A stretch of DNA of 64,000 nucleotides. It comes from Candidatus Bathyarchaeum tardum. GTDB lineage: Archaea; Thermoproteota; Bathyarchaeia; Bathyarchaeales; Bathyarchaeaceae. Location: assembly GCA_024650005.2 (NCBI GenBank), contig CP122380.1, positions 1,408,001-1,472,000 on the forward strand, written 5' to 3'. The number at the start of each line of letters is the position of its first letter. The stretch's first letter is position 1. The position numbers were made by a program, and so were the translations under genes. Positions 49,144 to 57,905 of this stretch are shown here, in pieces. Below the pieces are notes generated by a model, which saw only the letters and a list, made by a program, of their open reading frames with translations, had not been told where the DNA came from and did not search any database.

Positions 49144-50238
49144 TTGAAGGCGATAATTCTGGCAGGTGGCATTGGAACCCGACTGCGCCCTCTTAGTTGT
49201 ACTCGTCCGAAACTATTGTTTCCATTGTTAAACAAACCTCTTTTGGATGGAACCTTTGAGCGTTTAAGCCAAGCAGGATTTGATGGCGTGGTTTTAGCAG
49301 TTAAATACATGGCAGAAAAGTTCATGCAACGTTATGGCGATTCAAGTAATGGTCTTTCAGTTTGTTATTCTATAGAAAAAAAGCCTATGCATACTGGTGG
49401 GGCAATAAAATATGCTGAACAGTTAATAGGGCATGATGAGCCCTTTTTGGTTTTGAATGGGGACATATTCACTACCTTGGATTACAACAAGTTAGTAAAA
49501 AAACATAAACAAAGCAATGCAGTTGCCACAATTGCCCTTTATCAGGTTGAAGACCCTAGCAGATACGGGACCGTGAAACTAACACAAAACAATCAGATAA
49601 CCCAGTTTGTAGAAAAAGCACCGAAAGAAAAAGCCCCCAGCAATTTGATAAACGCTGGAGTTTATGTCTTGGACCCAAAAATTTTTGAGTATATCTCTGC
49701 AGGTAGACCCGTTTCTATTGAACGGGAAGTGTTCCCAGTGCTTGCTCAGCAAAACAAGCTTTTTGGTTATGAATTTAACGACATATGGATAGACATCGGG
49801 AAACCTGAAGATTATTTGAAGGCTAACAAGATTTTGCTAGATGCCGAGCAAGAGAAACAGGTTGTTGAAAACAACTTTAACGTAGCCAAAAGTGTAACAT
49901 TGAATGAACCTGTAAGAATTGATTCCAGTGTCACTATCGGGCAGGACTCAAACATTGGTCCTTATGTGGTTCTGGGAAAAGATGTTGTTTTGGGCAGAAA
50001 TGTTGCTGTAGATAATTCAGTAGTTTTTCCTGAGTCAATAATCATGGACAACGCCTCTGTAAAAGGAGCAATTATCGGGGAAGGGGTAACTGTTGGCAAG
50101 GGTGCAAAAGTCATGGCAGGATGTGTGATTGGGGATTACGTTTCAATCAAAGATAATGTTACAGTTTCTAGGAATGTTTTTGTTTGTCACTCCAAAGATG
50201 TAACAGAAAATGTTCCGGAAAACAAGCGAATAATTTGA
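49144..50238 (+). CDS. Sugar-phosphate nucleotidyltransferase (mannose-1-phosphate guanylyltransferase-like)
   Basis: LAGGIGTRLRPL..PK, NGD, EK, WIDIG; C-terminal hexapeptide repeats. Confidence 0.92.
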   Translation: MKAIILAGGIGTRLRPLSCTRPKLLFPLLNKPLLDGTFERLSQAGFDGVVLAVKYMAEKFMQRYGDSSNGLSVCYSIEKKPMHTGGAIKYAEQLIGHDEPFLVLNGDIFTTLDYNKLVKKHKQSNAVATIALYQVEDPSRYGTVKLTQNNQITQFVEKAPKEKAPSNLINAGVYVLDPKIFEYISAGRPVSIEREVFPVLAQQNKLFGYEFNDIWIDIGKPEDYLKANKILLDAEQEKQVVENNFNVAKSVTLNEPVRIDSSVTIGQDSNIGPYVVLGKDVVLGRNVAVDNSVVFPESIIMDNASVKGAIIGEGVTVGKGAKVMAGCVIGDYVSIKDNVTVSRNVFVCHSKDVTENVPENKRII

Positions 50239-50365
50239 ACTTTTATAGTTTACAGGATTTTGTTAATTTAATCCTTATCAGTTTTTAGAACATTTAATCC
50301 GCTTGCAATGAAAATGTTCGTAGAGTATTAATAACACAGTATTGTAAAGAACTGGGAGACAAAAA

Positions 50366-51727
50366 ATGTCCAGTATCATGAAACTGTCAAGCAGCGACCT
50401 AGAATCTCCGCAAACTCGGCAAAACTACACTGCGTGCATAGTAGGCTGCGGAAGAACAGGTCTAGTCACTGCTGGACTTTTTGTTGAAGCAGGATTCAAC
50501 GTAATTGGAGTGGACTCTAGTCGCCATATTGTTCATCAGCTAAAGAAAGGCGTGTCTCCTTTTACTGAAACTGATATGCGAAAATTTATTGAACCTCAAC
50601 TAAAAAACAGCAGATTCAGGGCAACAACCAATCTTCGAAAAGCAGTTACAGTAAGCAATATTATTGTAGTTGGTGTTTCAGCTTCATTGGACTCAAAAAA
50701 GAAGCCTGATTACTCACGTCTTGAACAAGCATGCAAAGACATCGGTATGAGCCTAACTTCTGGATCTTTGGTAATGTTTCAAAACATCATGGGTCCAGGA
50801 ATGACTCAGACCGTAGCAAAAGAAATACTGGAAAACGCTTCCGGATTAAAAGCTGGAGAACAATTTGGTTTAGCCTATTTTTCATCATTGAACAATTCTT
50901 CAAACCCGTCAGATAACGTGCATAACGGAACAAAAATTGTTGGTGGAATAACTAAACGTAGCCTAAAAATCAGTTGCTTAGTTTTGGAAACAATAACAAA
51001 ATCCCATGTAGTAAGAGTAAGAGACATCAAAATCGCAGAAGCTGTAAGGTTACTGGAAGAAGCCTATAAAGACGTTAATATTGCATTCGCAAATGAGTTT
51101 GCAAAGTTTTGTGAAAAAGCAGGAATAGACTTTGTAAAAATCCGGGATCTGATTAATCCTCTCAATTTTTCGGGAATGGCTGGGCTGCACACGCCACGGG
51201 ACTCGTACCTTCTTGTTGGAGAAGCAGAAGCCTTAGACGTGAAACTTCGATTGTTGTCGTTATCAGCAAAAATAAACGACGAAACCCTAGACCACGCAAT
51301 ACGCCTAATACGAGATGCCTTGCGAGAAACCAAAAAAAATCTGAGGCGTTCCAAAATTGCTGTTTTTGGTGTTTCTGCGTTGCCTAATCGAAAAAAAGTG
51401 GCTCATTCTGCTACCAAGCAACTGGTAAAGCGCCTTAAACAGGTAGGCGTTTCAGTTCAGGTTTATGACCCTTTCTTTTCGCACAAGGAACTAACAAGCA
51501 TGAACTATGATGCACAAAAAACTATGTCTCAAACTGTTGAAGGTGCAGATTGCATAGTTATTGCAGTAGCCCACGAAAAGTTCAGCAGACTAAATCTGAA
51601 GCGGCTTCACTTGTTGATGAAACAGCCCACAGCAATTGTTGACATGGGACAAGTAATCGACCCTATTAAGGCAGAAAATGCTGGTTTTGTGTACCGAGGA
51701 TTTGGCAGAGGAATCTGGACAAAATAG
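50366..51727 (+). CDS. UDP-N-acetylhexosamine dehydrogenase homologue with degenerate active site
   Basis: Rossmann GCGRTG, DVNIAFANE, VYDP, IAVAH, YRGFG; catalytic GGHC absent. Confidence 0.85.
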   Translation: MSSIMKLSSSDLESPQTRQNYTACIVGCGRTGLVTAGLFVEAGFNVIGVDSSRHIVHQLKKGVSPFTETDMRKFIEPQLKNSRFRATTNLRKAVTVSNIIVVGVSASLDSKKKPDYSRLEQACKDIGMSLTSGSLVMFQNIMGPGMTQTVAKEILENASGLKAGEQFGLAYFSSLNNSSNPSDNVHNGTKIVGGITKRSLKISCLVLETITKSHVVRVRDIKIAEAVRLLEEAYKDVNIAFANEFAKFCEKAGIDFVKIRDLINPLNFSGMAGLHTPRDSYLLVGEAEALDVKLRLLSLSAKINDETLDHAIRLIRDALRETKKNLRRSKIAVFGVSALPNRKKVAHSATKQLVKRLKQVGVSVQVYDPFFSHKELTSMNYDAQKTMSQTVEGADCIVIAVAHEKFSRLNLKRLHLLMKQPTAIVDMGQVIDPIKAENAGFVYRGFGRGIWTK

Positions 51728-51811
51728 AAAAAACGTTTTGGGGCAAGCCTTAAGTCTTTAGGGTTACAGATGCACTGTAAATTACAAAGACAAACTATCC
51801 AATGAATTAAG

Positions 51812-52930
51812 GTGAAAAGTGTGGCTTTGACTGTTTTTGGTTCAGTTTCAGTTGCTGGAGCGATCCTTAACGCAGAGGTCACAGGGTTCTTTGATCGCCT
51901 ACTATTAGAAGCAAATGAACTGCTAATAGCTGGAATTATTTTGTTGGTTAGTTTTTTTGCTACAATTTTTCTTACAAAAAAATGGATTAAATCCGCCAAT
52001 GCAGCAAACCTTCAAGGAAAAGACATGAATAAACTTGACAAGCCATTGGTTCCTAGGTCGGGAGGTTTGGTGGTTGCCATTGTTGTGTGTTTTTCCGTGT
52101 TGATTTATGTGTTCTTAAAAACTTTTTCAATGCTAGGAACCCCCCAAACAAACGTGGTTGAAGCATTTGCGATTTCATCGACAATATTACTTGCAGGCTT
52201 TGTCGGATTCATCGATGACATATTAGGTTGGAAAACCGGATTAAGTCAGCTGCAAAAAATATTTCTCACAGTTCCAATAGCGCTTCCGTTAACTGTTTTG
52301 AACGTTAACCAAACAGTAATGGTCATTCCTTTTCTTGGTCCTGTTGATTTTGGGCTCTTGTATCCTTTACTGATTGTCCCTTTAGGAATAATTGGTGCTG
52401 CAAACGGTTTTAATCTTCTTGCAGGCTACAATGGGTTAGAAACAAGTATGGGGCTGGTAATTTTTGCAACTTTTGGATTCACCAGCATTCTTGTTGGGCG
52501 ATTATGGATTGCATTAGTATGCATGATAGTTTATGCTTCATTGCTTGGATTTTTGGCTTTTAATTGGTATCCGGCAAGAGTTTTCCCGGGTAACTCTTTC
52601 ACTTATGCGGTTGGAGCGTTAATTGGAACCTTAGCAATTCTAGGAAACATGGAACGAATTGCAGTCTGGCTGTTCATGTTGTATATCTTAGAAATTTTGT
52701 TATACATGCGAGCGCGATTCGTTGACAAACAAGGAGATGTTCAAGCCTTTGCTAAACTCAATGATGATGGGTCATTGGAGTTGCCTTATGAGCATATTTA
52801 TGATACTACTCATTTGGCTATTTGGGTTCTAAAGAAACTGAAAAACAAAGTCTACGAAAGGGATGTCGTGGTTTTCATAGTAGTTCTTCAGTCGCTGATT
52901 GCGATTTTGGGTGTATTGTTGCTTCTTTAG
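51812..52930 (+). CDS. aglH: UDP-GlcNAc:dolichyl-phosphate GlcNAc-1-phosphate transferase (GT4/MraY superfamily)
   Basis: GKDMNK, GFIDD, NLLAGYNGLE, FNWYPARVFPGN. Confidence 0.85.
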   Translation: MKSVALTVFGSVSVAGAILNAEVTGFFDRLLLEANELLIAGIILLVSFFATIFLTKKWIKSANAANLQGKDMNKLDKPLVPRSGGLVVAIVVCFSVLIYVFLKTFSMLGTPQTNVVEAFAISSTILLAGFVGFIDDILGWKTGLSQLQKIFLTVPIALPLTVLNVNQTVMVIPFLGPVDFGLLYPLLIVPLGIIGAANGFNLLAGYNGLETSMGLVIFATFGFTSILVGRLWIALVCMIVYASLLGFLAFNWYPARVFPGNSFTYAVGALIGTLAILGNMERIAVWLFMLYILEILLYMRARFVDKQGDVQAFAKLNDDGSLELPYEHIYDTTHLAIWVLKKLKNKVYERDVVVFIVVLQSLIAILGVLLLL

Positions 52931-52984
52931 TTGAGGTTACGTTTTTCCTAAAAAAATAAAAGTATTGACCCCCAATAGGTTCCA

Positions 52985-53209
52985 GTGAACAAAATGAGTA
53001 CCTCTCAACCAAAAGCAAAATTTTACAAACGAATAAGTGAAAACGAATATCTGAACTTAGCAATATGGCAAGGAAAATCTGATCCCTCTGCAGAGGTTAT
53101 TTCTGTTCAGCTTAGTCGCAGAACTGATGACAAATGGGAAACTGCTGGACAGTTTGCAGTTTACCGAACATCAGATGGAAATTATTCCCAGCTGCCTGAC
53201 CGAAAATAA
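52985..53209 (+). CDS. Small hypothetical protein
   Basis: 74-aa ORF with protein-like composition. Confidence 0.6.
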   Translation: MNKMSTSQPKAKFYKRISENEYLNLAIWQGKSDPSAEVISVQLSRRTDDKWETAGQFAVYRTSDGNYSQLPDRK

Positions 53210-53217
53210 TTTTTTGG

Positions 53218-53490
53218 TTATTTTCCTAGATTGAAGGGTTTTCCCTCTTCTAGTATTTGTTTTGGAAATTTTTGTTTCCATTTTTTCATGAAAGGGATTT
53301 CGTCTTTTTCTTCTCGGAGTTCGTCGGGGAGCATTTCTGGGATTTCTTCGCGTATGGGGTACCATCGTGAGCATTTGGGGCAGATTATCACGCCTTCTGC
53401 GATTTCGTCGGTTTCTTCAAAAACGTGTAACTCCAAGGGATAATGTTTGTCGATGGGGCAGGCCAAGATATCCATTAATTTCTTTTTGAT
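53218..53490 (-). CDS. Trm112 family methyltransferase activator
   Basis: LMDILACPIDK..CPKCSRWYPIREEIPEML; downstream of Trm5; start extended to ATC at 53490 by RBS position. Confidence 0.88.
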   Translation of the reverse strand: MKKKLMDILACPIDKHYPLELHVFEETDEIAEGVIICPKCSRWYPIREEIPEMLPDELREEKDEIPFMKKWKQKFPKQILEEGKPFNLGK

Positions 53491-53547
53491 TGTTTGTCCC
53501 TCACTTGATAGTATTGTTCATTGGTGTAGTTATAAAACATTTGCCAA

Positions 53548-54399
53548 CTATTTCGTAACTTCAATATCCAAGACTACTTGGTACCATCGTGGTCCAATTG
53601 GTCTAATAACTCGCCCAAAATTTATGGAAAAATCCTTGCATAACTTTGACAGTTTTTTGGAAACTTTAACTTTAACTTTGTGAACAGGATTTTCAGCTTT
53701 TTTTGTATAAACAAAATCATGGTAATGTACCCATCCCCCTTCTGGCTTAAGAGCTGAAACTGCAGAATCTAAATACTCAAAAGCCAGTTCAGGAAGAGGC
53801 ATTAAAACCCTATCAGCAATGCCTTGAAGCTTATTTTTTATGGTTGTTTTTGCGTCTCCTAGAATTGGAACCACAGTTTTTTCAGTTTTGTTAAGTTGAA
53901 TGTTTTGCTTAAGATATTTGAAAGCAACGGGATTAACATCAATCGAATAAACAGTTTTTGGGTCTGAATGTTTAGCAATGGCAATCGAATAACAGCCTAC
54001 CCCTGCAAACATGTTTACAATAGTTTCATTTTTTTGAACCAATTTGGCGATTCTTAATCTTTCGTAGGAAAGCCTAGGAGAAAAATATGTTTTCTGCAGA
54101 TCAGTTTTGTATATGCATCTATGCTCCTTGTAACAGGTTTCAGTGGTTTTTTTGCCTAAAACAAACTCTAGCTCACGTAGCCGATAATCTCCTGAGACTG
54201 AGCCTGACTGTTTCCATACTGACTTGACTTCTCCGTGTGTTTCCATCACTGTTTTGGCGATAAGATCAGCATAACTTGTTAATTCTTCAGGCACACGTAT
54301 AACTGCAATTTCTCCAATCAAATCGTAGCTTTTGTACAGTTTTTGCAGCTCTTCAGGGTCAAGTTTGCCTGCTAAAACAGTTTTCAAGTTTCCTTTCAA
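53548..54399 (-). CDS. Trm5/Taw2 family tRNA methyltransferase
   Basis: YDLIGEIA, YFSPRLSYER, NMFAGVG, DRVLMPLP. Confidence 0.9.
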   Translation of the reverse strand: MKGNLKTVLAGKLDPEELQKLYKSYDLIGEIAVIRVPEELTSYADLIAKTVMETHGEVKSVWKQSGSVSGDYRLRELEFVLGKKTTETCYKEHRCIYKTDLQKTYFSPRLSYERLRIAKLVQKNETIVNMFAGVGCYSIAIAKHSDPKTVYSIDVNPVAFKYLKQNIQLNKTEKTVVPILGDAKTTIKNKLQGIADRVLMPLPELAFEYLDSAVSALKPEGGWVHYHDFVYTKKAENPVHKVKVKVSKKLSKLCKDFSINFGRVIRPIGPRWYQVVLDIEVTK

Positions 54400-54523
54400 T
54401 TAAATCGATCTCCAACCCAACGTCGATGTTTATTTTGTATGGGCTGTTACGTTAACTTCAGTTGTATACAAAATTCTCTTTCATTTTCCTGCTTTTAAGC
54501 CTTAACTAAACAATAAACTGTAA

Positions 54524-54943
54524 TCACACGACGCCTGTAGTTGTAGCTTGTAACGATTTTTCTATGCAACGGTTTAAAGTAGAAAAGATAATCTCAGGGT
54601 TGCCTGTTTTTCCTATGAATCCGTTGGCTCCTGAACTAAATGCTTCTATGGGTTTTTGTTTATCCTCGGTCGCTGTGAATACTATAAACGGGATATTGTT
54701 GTTGTTTTTTCTAAGGGTTTTCAGGAACTCAATACCATCTGTTATGGGCATGTTCATGTCGCTGATTATTATGTCAATTTCTTTTTTTGTAACTATTTCA
54801 AGGGCTTGTGCCACTGAGAATGCACAAGTAATTTCATAATTTCCATGGAGTTCTAAACATTGTTGTGCACTTTTAAGAAAATCAACATCATTGTCTACAA
54901 ATAAAATTTTGATGTATTTTTTTTCCTTAAAAGTGTTTATCAT
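54524..54943 (-). CDS. Stand-alone response regulator receiver
   Basis: ILFVDND, ISDMNMP..DG, FT, K motifs. Confidence 0.88.
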   Translation of the reverse strand: MINTFKEKKYIKILFVDNDVDFLKSAQQCLELHGNYEITCAFSVAQALEIVTKKEIDIIISDMNMPITDGIEFLKTLRKNNNNIPFIVFTATEDKQKPIEAFSSGANGFIGKTGNPEIIFSTLNRCIEKSLQATTTGVV

Positions 54944-54952
54944 GTTATTGCA

Positions 54953-55048
54953 TATTCAATATTGAATAATATAACATTGACGTGCGCAACTTACTCACAT
55001 TTGGTTAAAAATGGTTAAATAGTATTACACTGTAACTGATTTGGTTAA
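54953..55048. promoter_or_regulatory. Palindrome and phased direct repeats in a divergent promoter
   Basis: TATTCAATATTGAATA palindrome (54953-54968); TGGTTAA at 55002, 55012 and 55042. Confidence 0.45.
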
Positions 55049-55057
55049 TGAGGGATC

Positions 55058-55615
55058 TTGCATTTGTTTAACAAAAACCGCAAAACAGTGGGCAGATCAT
55101 TCAGAATAGACGAACAATGGCTCAACGTATTAAATGAAGAAGCACAAAAACAAGGAGTAAGCGTTAACTCTCTTCTAAACAGGCTTTTACAACAGTACGC
55201 TTACCTAAGATACATGCTACGTTACGGGGCAATAACCATGACCCGCCAAGGATTCATGGGAATACTAGAATGTTGCCCTGATGAAAAAATAACTGAACAG
55301 GGAAAAAAAGCAGGAGCAAACATCGTCAAAGACCTTTTGCGCACCATGGGTGTTCCCCCTACTTACAGCTTCATTGTTTGTATTGTTGAAAAACTGTTAT
55401 CTGAGTTTGCAGGATGGTTTGAATGCGACCACCACATCAAACCTGACAAAGAAATCCTCCATTTCCGCCATGACCTCGGACCAAAATGGAGCATTTATCT
55501 CGCAGGGATAACCACTGGAACCTTCAACTCGTTACTAAAAACAGAAGTAAAAATTGAAACAACCAACAACTCAGTAACAATAACATTAAACAAGCCCAAA
55601 CAAAATGAAAAATAG
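55058..55615 (+). CDS. Ribbon-helix-helix N-terminal domain protein
   Basis: RSFRIDE..L.EEAQKQGVSVNSLLNRLL followed by a probable ligand-binding domain. Confidence 0.75.
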   Translation: MHLFNKNRKTVGRSFRIDEQWLNVLNEEAQKQGVSVNSLLNRLLQQYAYLRYMLRYGAITMTRQGFMGILECCPDEKITEQGKKAGANIVKDLLRTMGVPPTYSFIVCIVEKLLSEFAGWFECDHHIKPDKEILHFRHDLGPKWSIYLAGITTGTFNSLLKTEVKIETTNNSVTITLNKPKQNEK

Positions 55616-55641
55616 AGCATCCAGGCGGGATTTAATCCCAC
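55613..55641 (-). repeat. Degenerate copy of the tRNA-Thr 3' end (older att relic)
   Basis: TAGAGCATCCAGGCGGGATTTAATCCCAC versus TGGAGCCTC-GGGCGGGATTTGAACCCGC: 22/28 identical plus one insertion, same orientation. Confidence 0.6.
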
Positions 55642-55823
55642 CCTAATCTTAATGTTTTTTGTCCTAGTTTTGATTTATTGTCCAATTTATATTCAGTCTT
55701 TACTTGAGCCAGTTAAATTCTTGGTGAACAAAAATTATTTGTTCAAAAACTATTTTATAGCTGCTTCTAATGCAGATATGCATATACATTTTCATCTTGG
55801 TTAATTTTCAAGGAGGAAAAAAA

Positions 55824-55955
55824 TTGAGCCGAAGAAGCAAAAAAGAAAAAACAGCAGGAATCGAACAACATAAACAGGCATTACGGGAAAAGAAAATGAA
55901 GAAAAAAGAAAAAAAGAAAGCAACAATATCTGCAAACTATAGAAAAAACAAGTAA
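55824..55955 (+). CDS. Very small Lys/Arg-rich protein
   Basis: AGGAGG RBS then TTG; 43 aa. Confidence 0.45.
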   Translation: MSRRSKKEKTAGIEQHKQALREKKMKKKEKKKATISANYRKNK

Positions 55956-56217
55956 CTGGAGTCTATCTACTTTCTGGTTGGGAATTGAATTTAACCCCCA
56001 CAAATGTTAGGTTTTAAAAGTTATTTTTTTACTGTTTTCTTTTTATTTCTATTTGATTTAAAAAAAAATGGGTTTGAAGAATCATCAATTTGATCAATAA
56101 ATATTTGCACCCACTTTGATTAAGGGGGTTACTGCATTGTTTATCGTAATTAAACTATGGTGCGTGATATCGGTTTCCATTTAAATGTCTTTTGAGAGAA
56201 AAATGTAGTTGGGAATC

Positions 56218-56418
56218 CTACAAATAATACATGTGGTTTTGGGTCTTCTTAATTTTTCCAAGAAAATCGCCTGCGAAATAGTCTAGCCAATATGCTTCTT
56301 GCTCATCAAATTTTGCTTCCAAAAATGTAACGGCTTTTTCCATAGAAATAGCTCCTGCTTTCTCAAGTTTACGAACAAGCCTCAGTTCCATTACAAATTG
56401 CATCCCGTTAATAGACAA
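56218..56418 (-). CDS. Small hypothetical protein
   Basis: 66 aa with GGAGAGG RBS. Confidence 0.55.
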   Translation of the reverse strand: MSINGMQFVMELRLVRKLEKAGAISMEKAVTFLEAKFDEQEAYWLDYFAGDFLGKIKKTQNHMYYL

Positions 56419-56656
56419 TTTTTAAAACCTCTCCTACATTACCTTGTTTTTCAAAAAGAACACTCAAAATGAACATCAAATAACTAAAAGCCTTTTTACA
56501 GCGACATTAATTAAGAGAATTCTACACACTACATGATGCACTGTACCATATATACTATGTGGAAATCTAATTAATTTTAGAATAGAAAAACATAATGAAT
56601 AAAACATAACTAAAAAATTTTTGCAAAATATGCCTCACAACCTTTTTCATGAATGT

Positions 56657-56717
56657 TGTGGAGCCTCGGGCGGGATTTGAACCCGCCTTTAGCCTTAGTA
56701 ATTTTTTCTATTGACAT
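56657..56717 (-). other. Distal att copy and putative intN fragment (MSIEKITKAK-GGFKSRPRLH)
   Basis: ATG at 56717 after AAGAGAG; reads through the att and joins the integrase in frame in the excised circle. Confidence 0.7.
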
Positions 56718-56744
56718 AATCTCTCTTATTGTTGGCTCGTACAT

Positions 56745-57029
56745 TTAGATTTTTTCGTTCTTTTTTCTATTTTTTATCTGCCAATGATAAATTCCAAAAA
56801 TTAAGAAAATTATTCCAAGAAAAATCAGGATTAACCCAAGAAATTGATAGGCATACTCAAAGAGGTGTGGAGTATATTTCAAAATCCCACTCGAACCAGA
56901 CTCAACATTTATTGACCACATTAGTTCCCAAAGAACAAGAACAATACCAATCAGCACGAAAATAATTCCAAAAACTGTAGCTAATATTCCAATTCCAATT
57001 TTTTGGTCTTTAATTATTTGTTCCCCCAT
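56745..57029 (-). CDS. Small 2-TM membrane protein (element cargo)
   Basis: Two hydrophobic helices, basic tail, GGTGA RBS. Confidence 0.7.
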   Translation of the reverse strand: MGEQIIKDQKIGIGILATVFGIIFVLIGIVLVLWELMWSINVESGSSGILKYTPHLFEYAYQFLGLILIFLGIIFLIFGIYHWQIKNRKKNEKI

Positions 57030-57225
57030 TGGCGCGCAATCACCATTTGGTTGTTACTACCTATATTACCTGTTCTGCGAAAGTAAATGTTGTGCCATTC
57101 CTCTAACTTGTCAAACTTTTGAATTACCTGAAAAGGCTAGGCTTGCCTAGCTCTTTACCCCCTAGCGGTCACGACCTAGTGACTACCCTGACGGATTAGA
57201 AACTGATTATCATACAAAATTAGGT

Positions 57226-57828
57226 TTAGTCACTAATCAATTGTTTTAGTTGTTCTATCATGTGTTCAATTAAGATTTTGGCTTGCTCGTACATTTCAGG
57301 ATAATGCTTCAAAACTCCAACAATTCTTTTCATTCGTTCAGCATCACTTTCAGAGGCGGTATCAGAAATAAGGATAGTCATAAGCCCCACAAAATCTATA
57401 TCTCCTTTCTTTTCAACAACATTAAGACCTAACCGTAAAACCATGGGATTCAAATGTTCCAATAGTTCCAGAAAACAATGAAGAATTTTAACATCGGGAA
57501 ACAGGCGTTTACTTTCTTCGAGAATAACAACCCTGTCAGCCCCTTCAAGAATTGAAATTATCATTCCCTTAGCCGTCAGCCAATAACGCTCATATTTTCT
57601 GCCTCTATACTCTTTGACATCTGTTTTCCAAATCAACTTCTTTTTTTCTAAGCTCTTAAAAGCAATCCAAGCAGGCTTGTAACTCTTTTCTATAGACGTA
57701 ACTGTTTCGTTGATGGTTTGCGGTTCACTCTTTGCCAAATGGAGAACAATAGCTAATTGTAAAGAGGGTAAGTTATCACCTTTCGTTTTTGATTTTGACA
57801 TATGTTCACTTGCTTTTCCTTTTAACAT
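57226..57828 (-). CDS. Winged-helix DNA-binding protein of the element
   Basis: LQLAIVLHL..PQTINE..YKPAWIAFKSLEKKKLI..YWLTAKG; divergent from Rep. Confidence 0.75.
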   Translation of the reverse strand: MLKGKASEHMSKSKTKGDNLPSLQLAIVLHLAKSEPQTINETVTSIEKSYKPAWIAFKSLEKKKLIWKTDVKEYRGRKYERYWLTAKGMIISILEGADRVVILEESKRLFPDVKILHCFLELLEHLNPMVLRLGLNVVEKKGDIDFVGLMTILISDTASESDAERMKRIVGVLKHYPEMYEQAKILIEHMIEQLKQLISD

Positions 57829-57905
57829 ATGATTCCCCTAGTTTAATTATGTTATATCTTGACTCATATAAATCTTTGTTCATAGACCTTTTCAGGTCGT
57901 AACTA

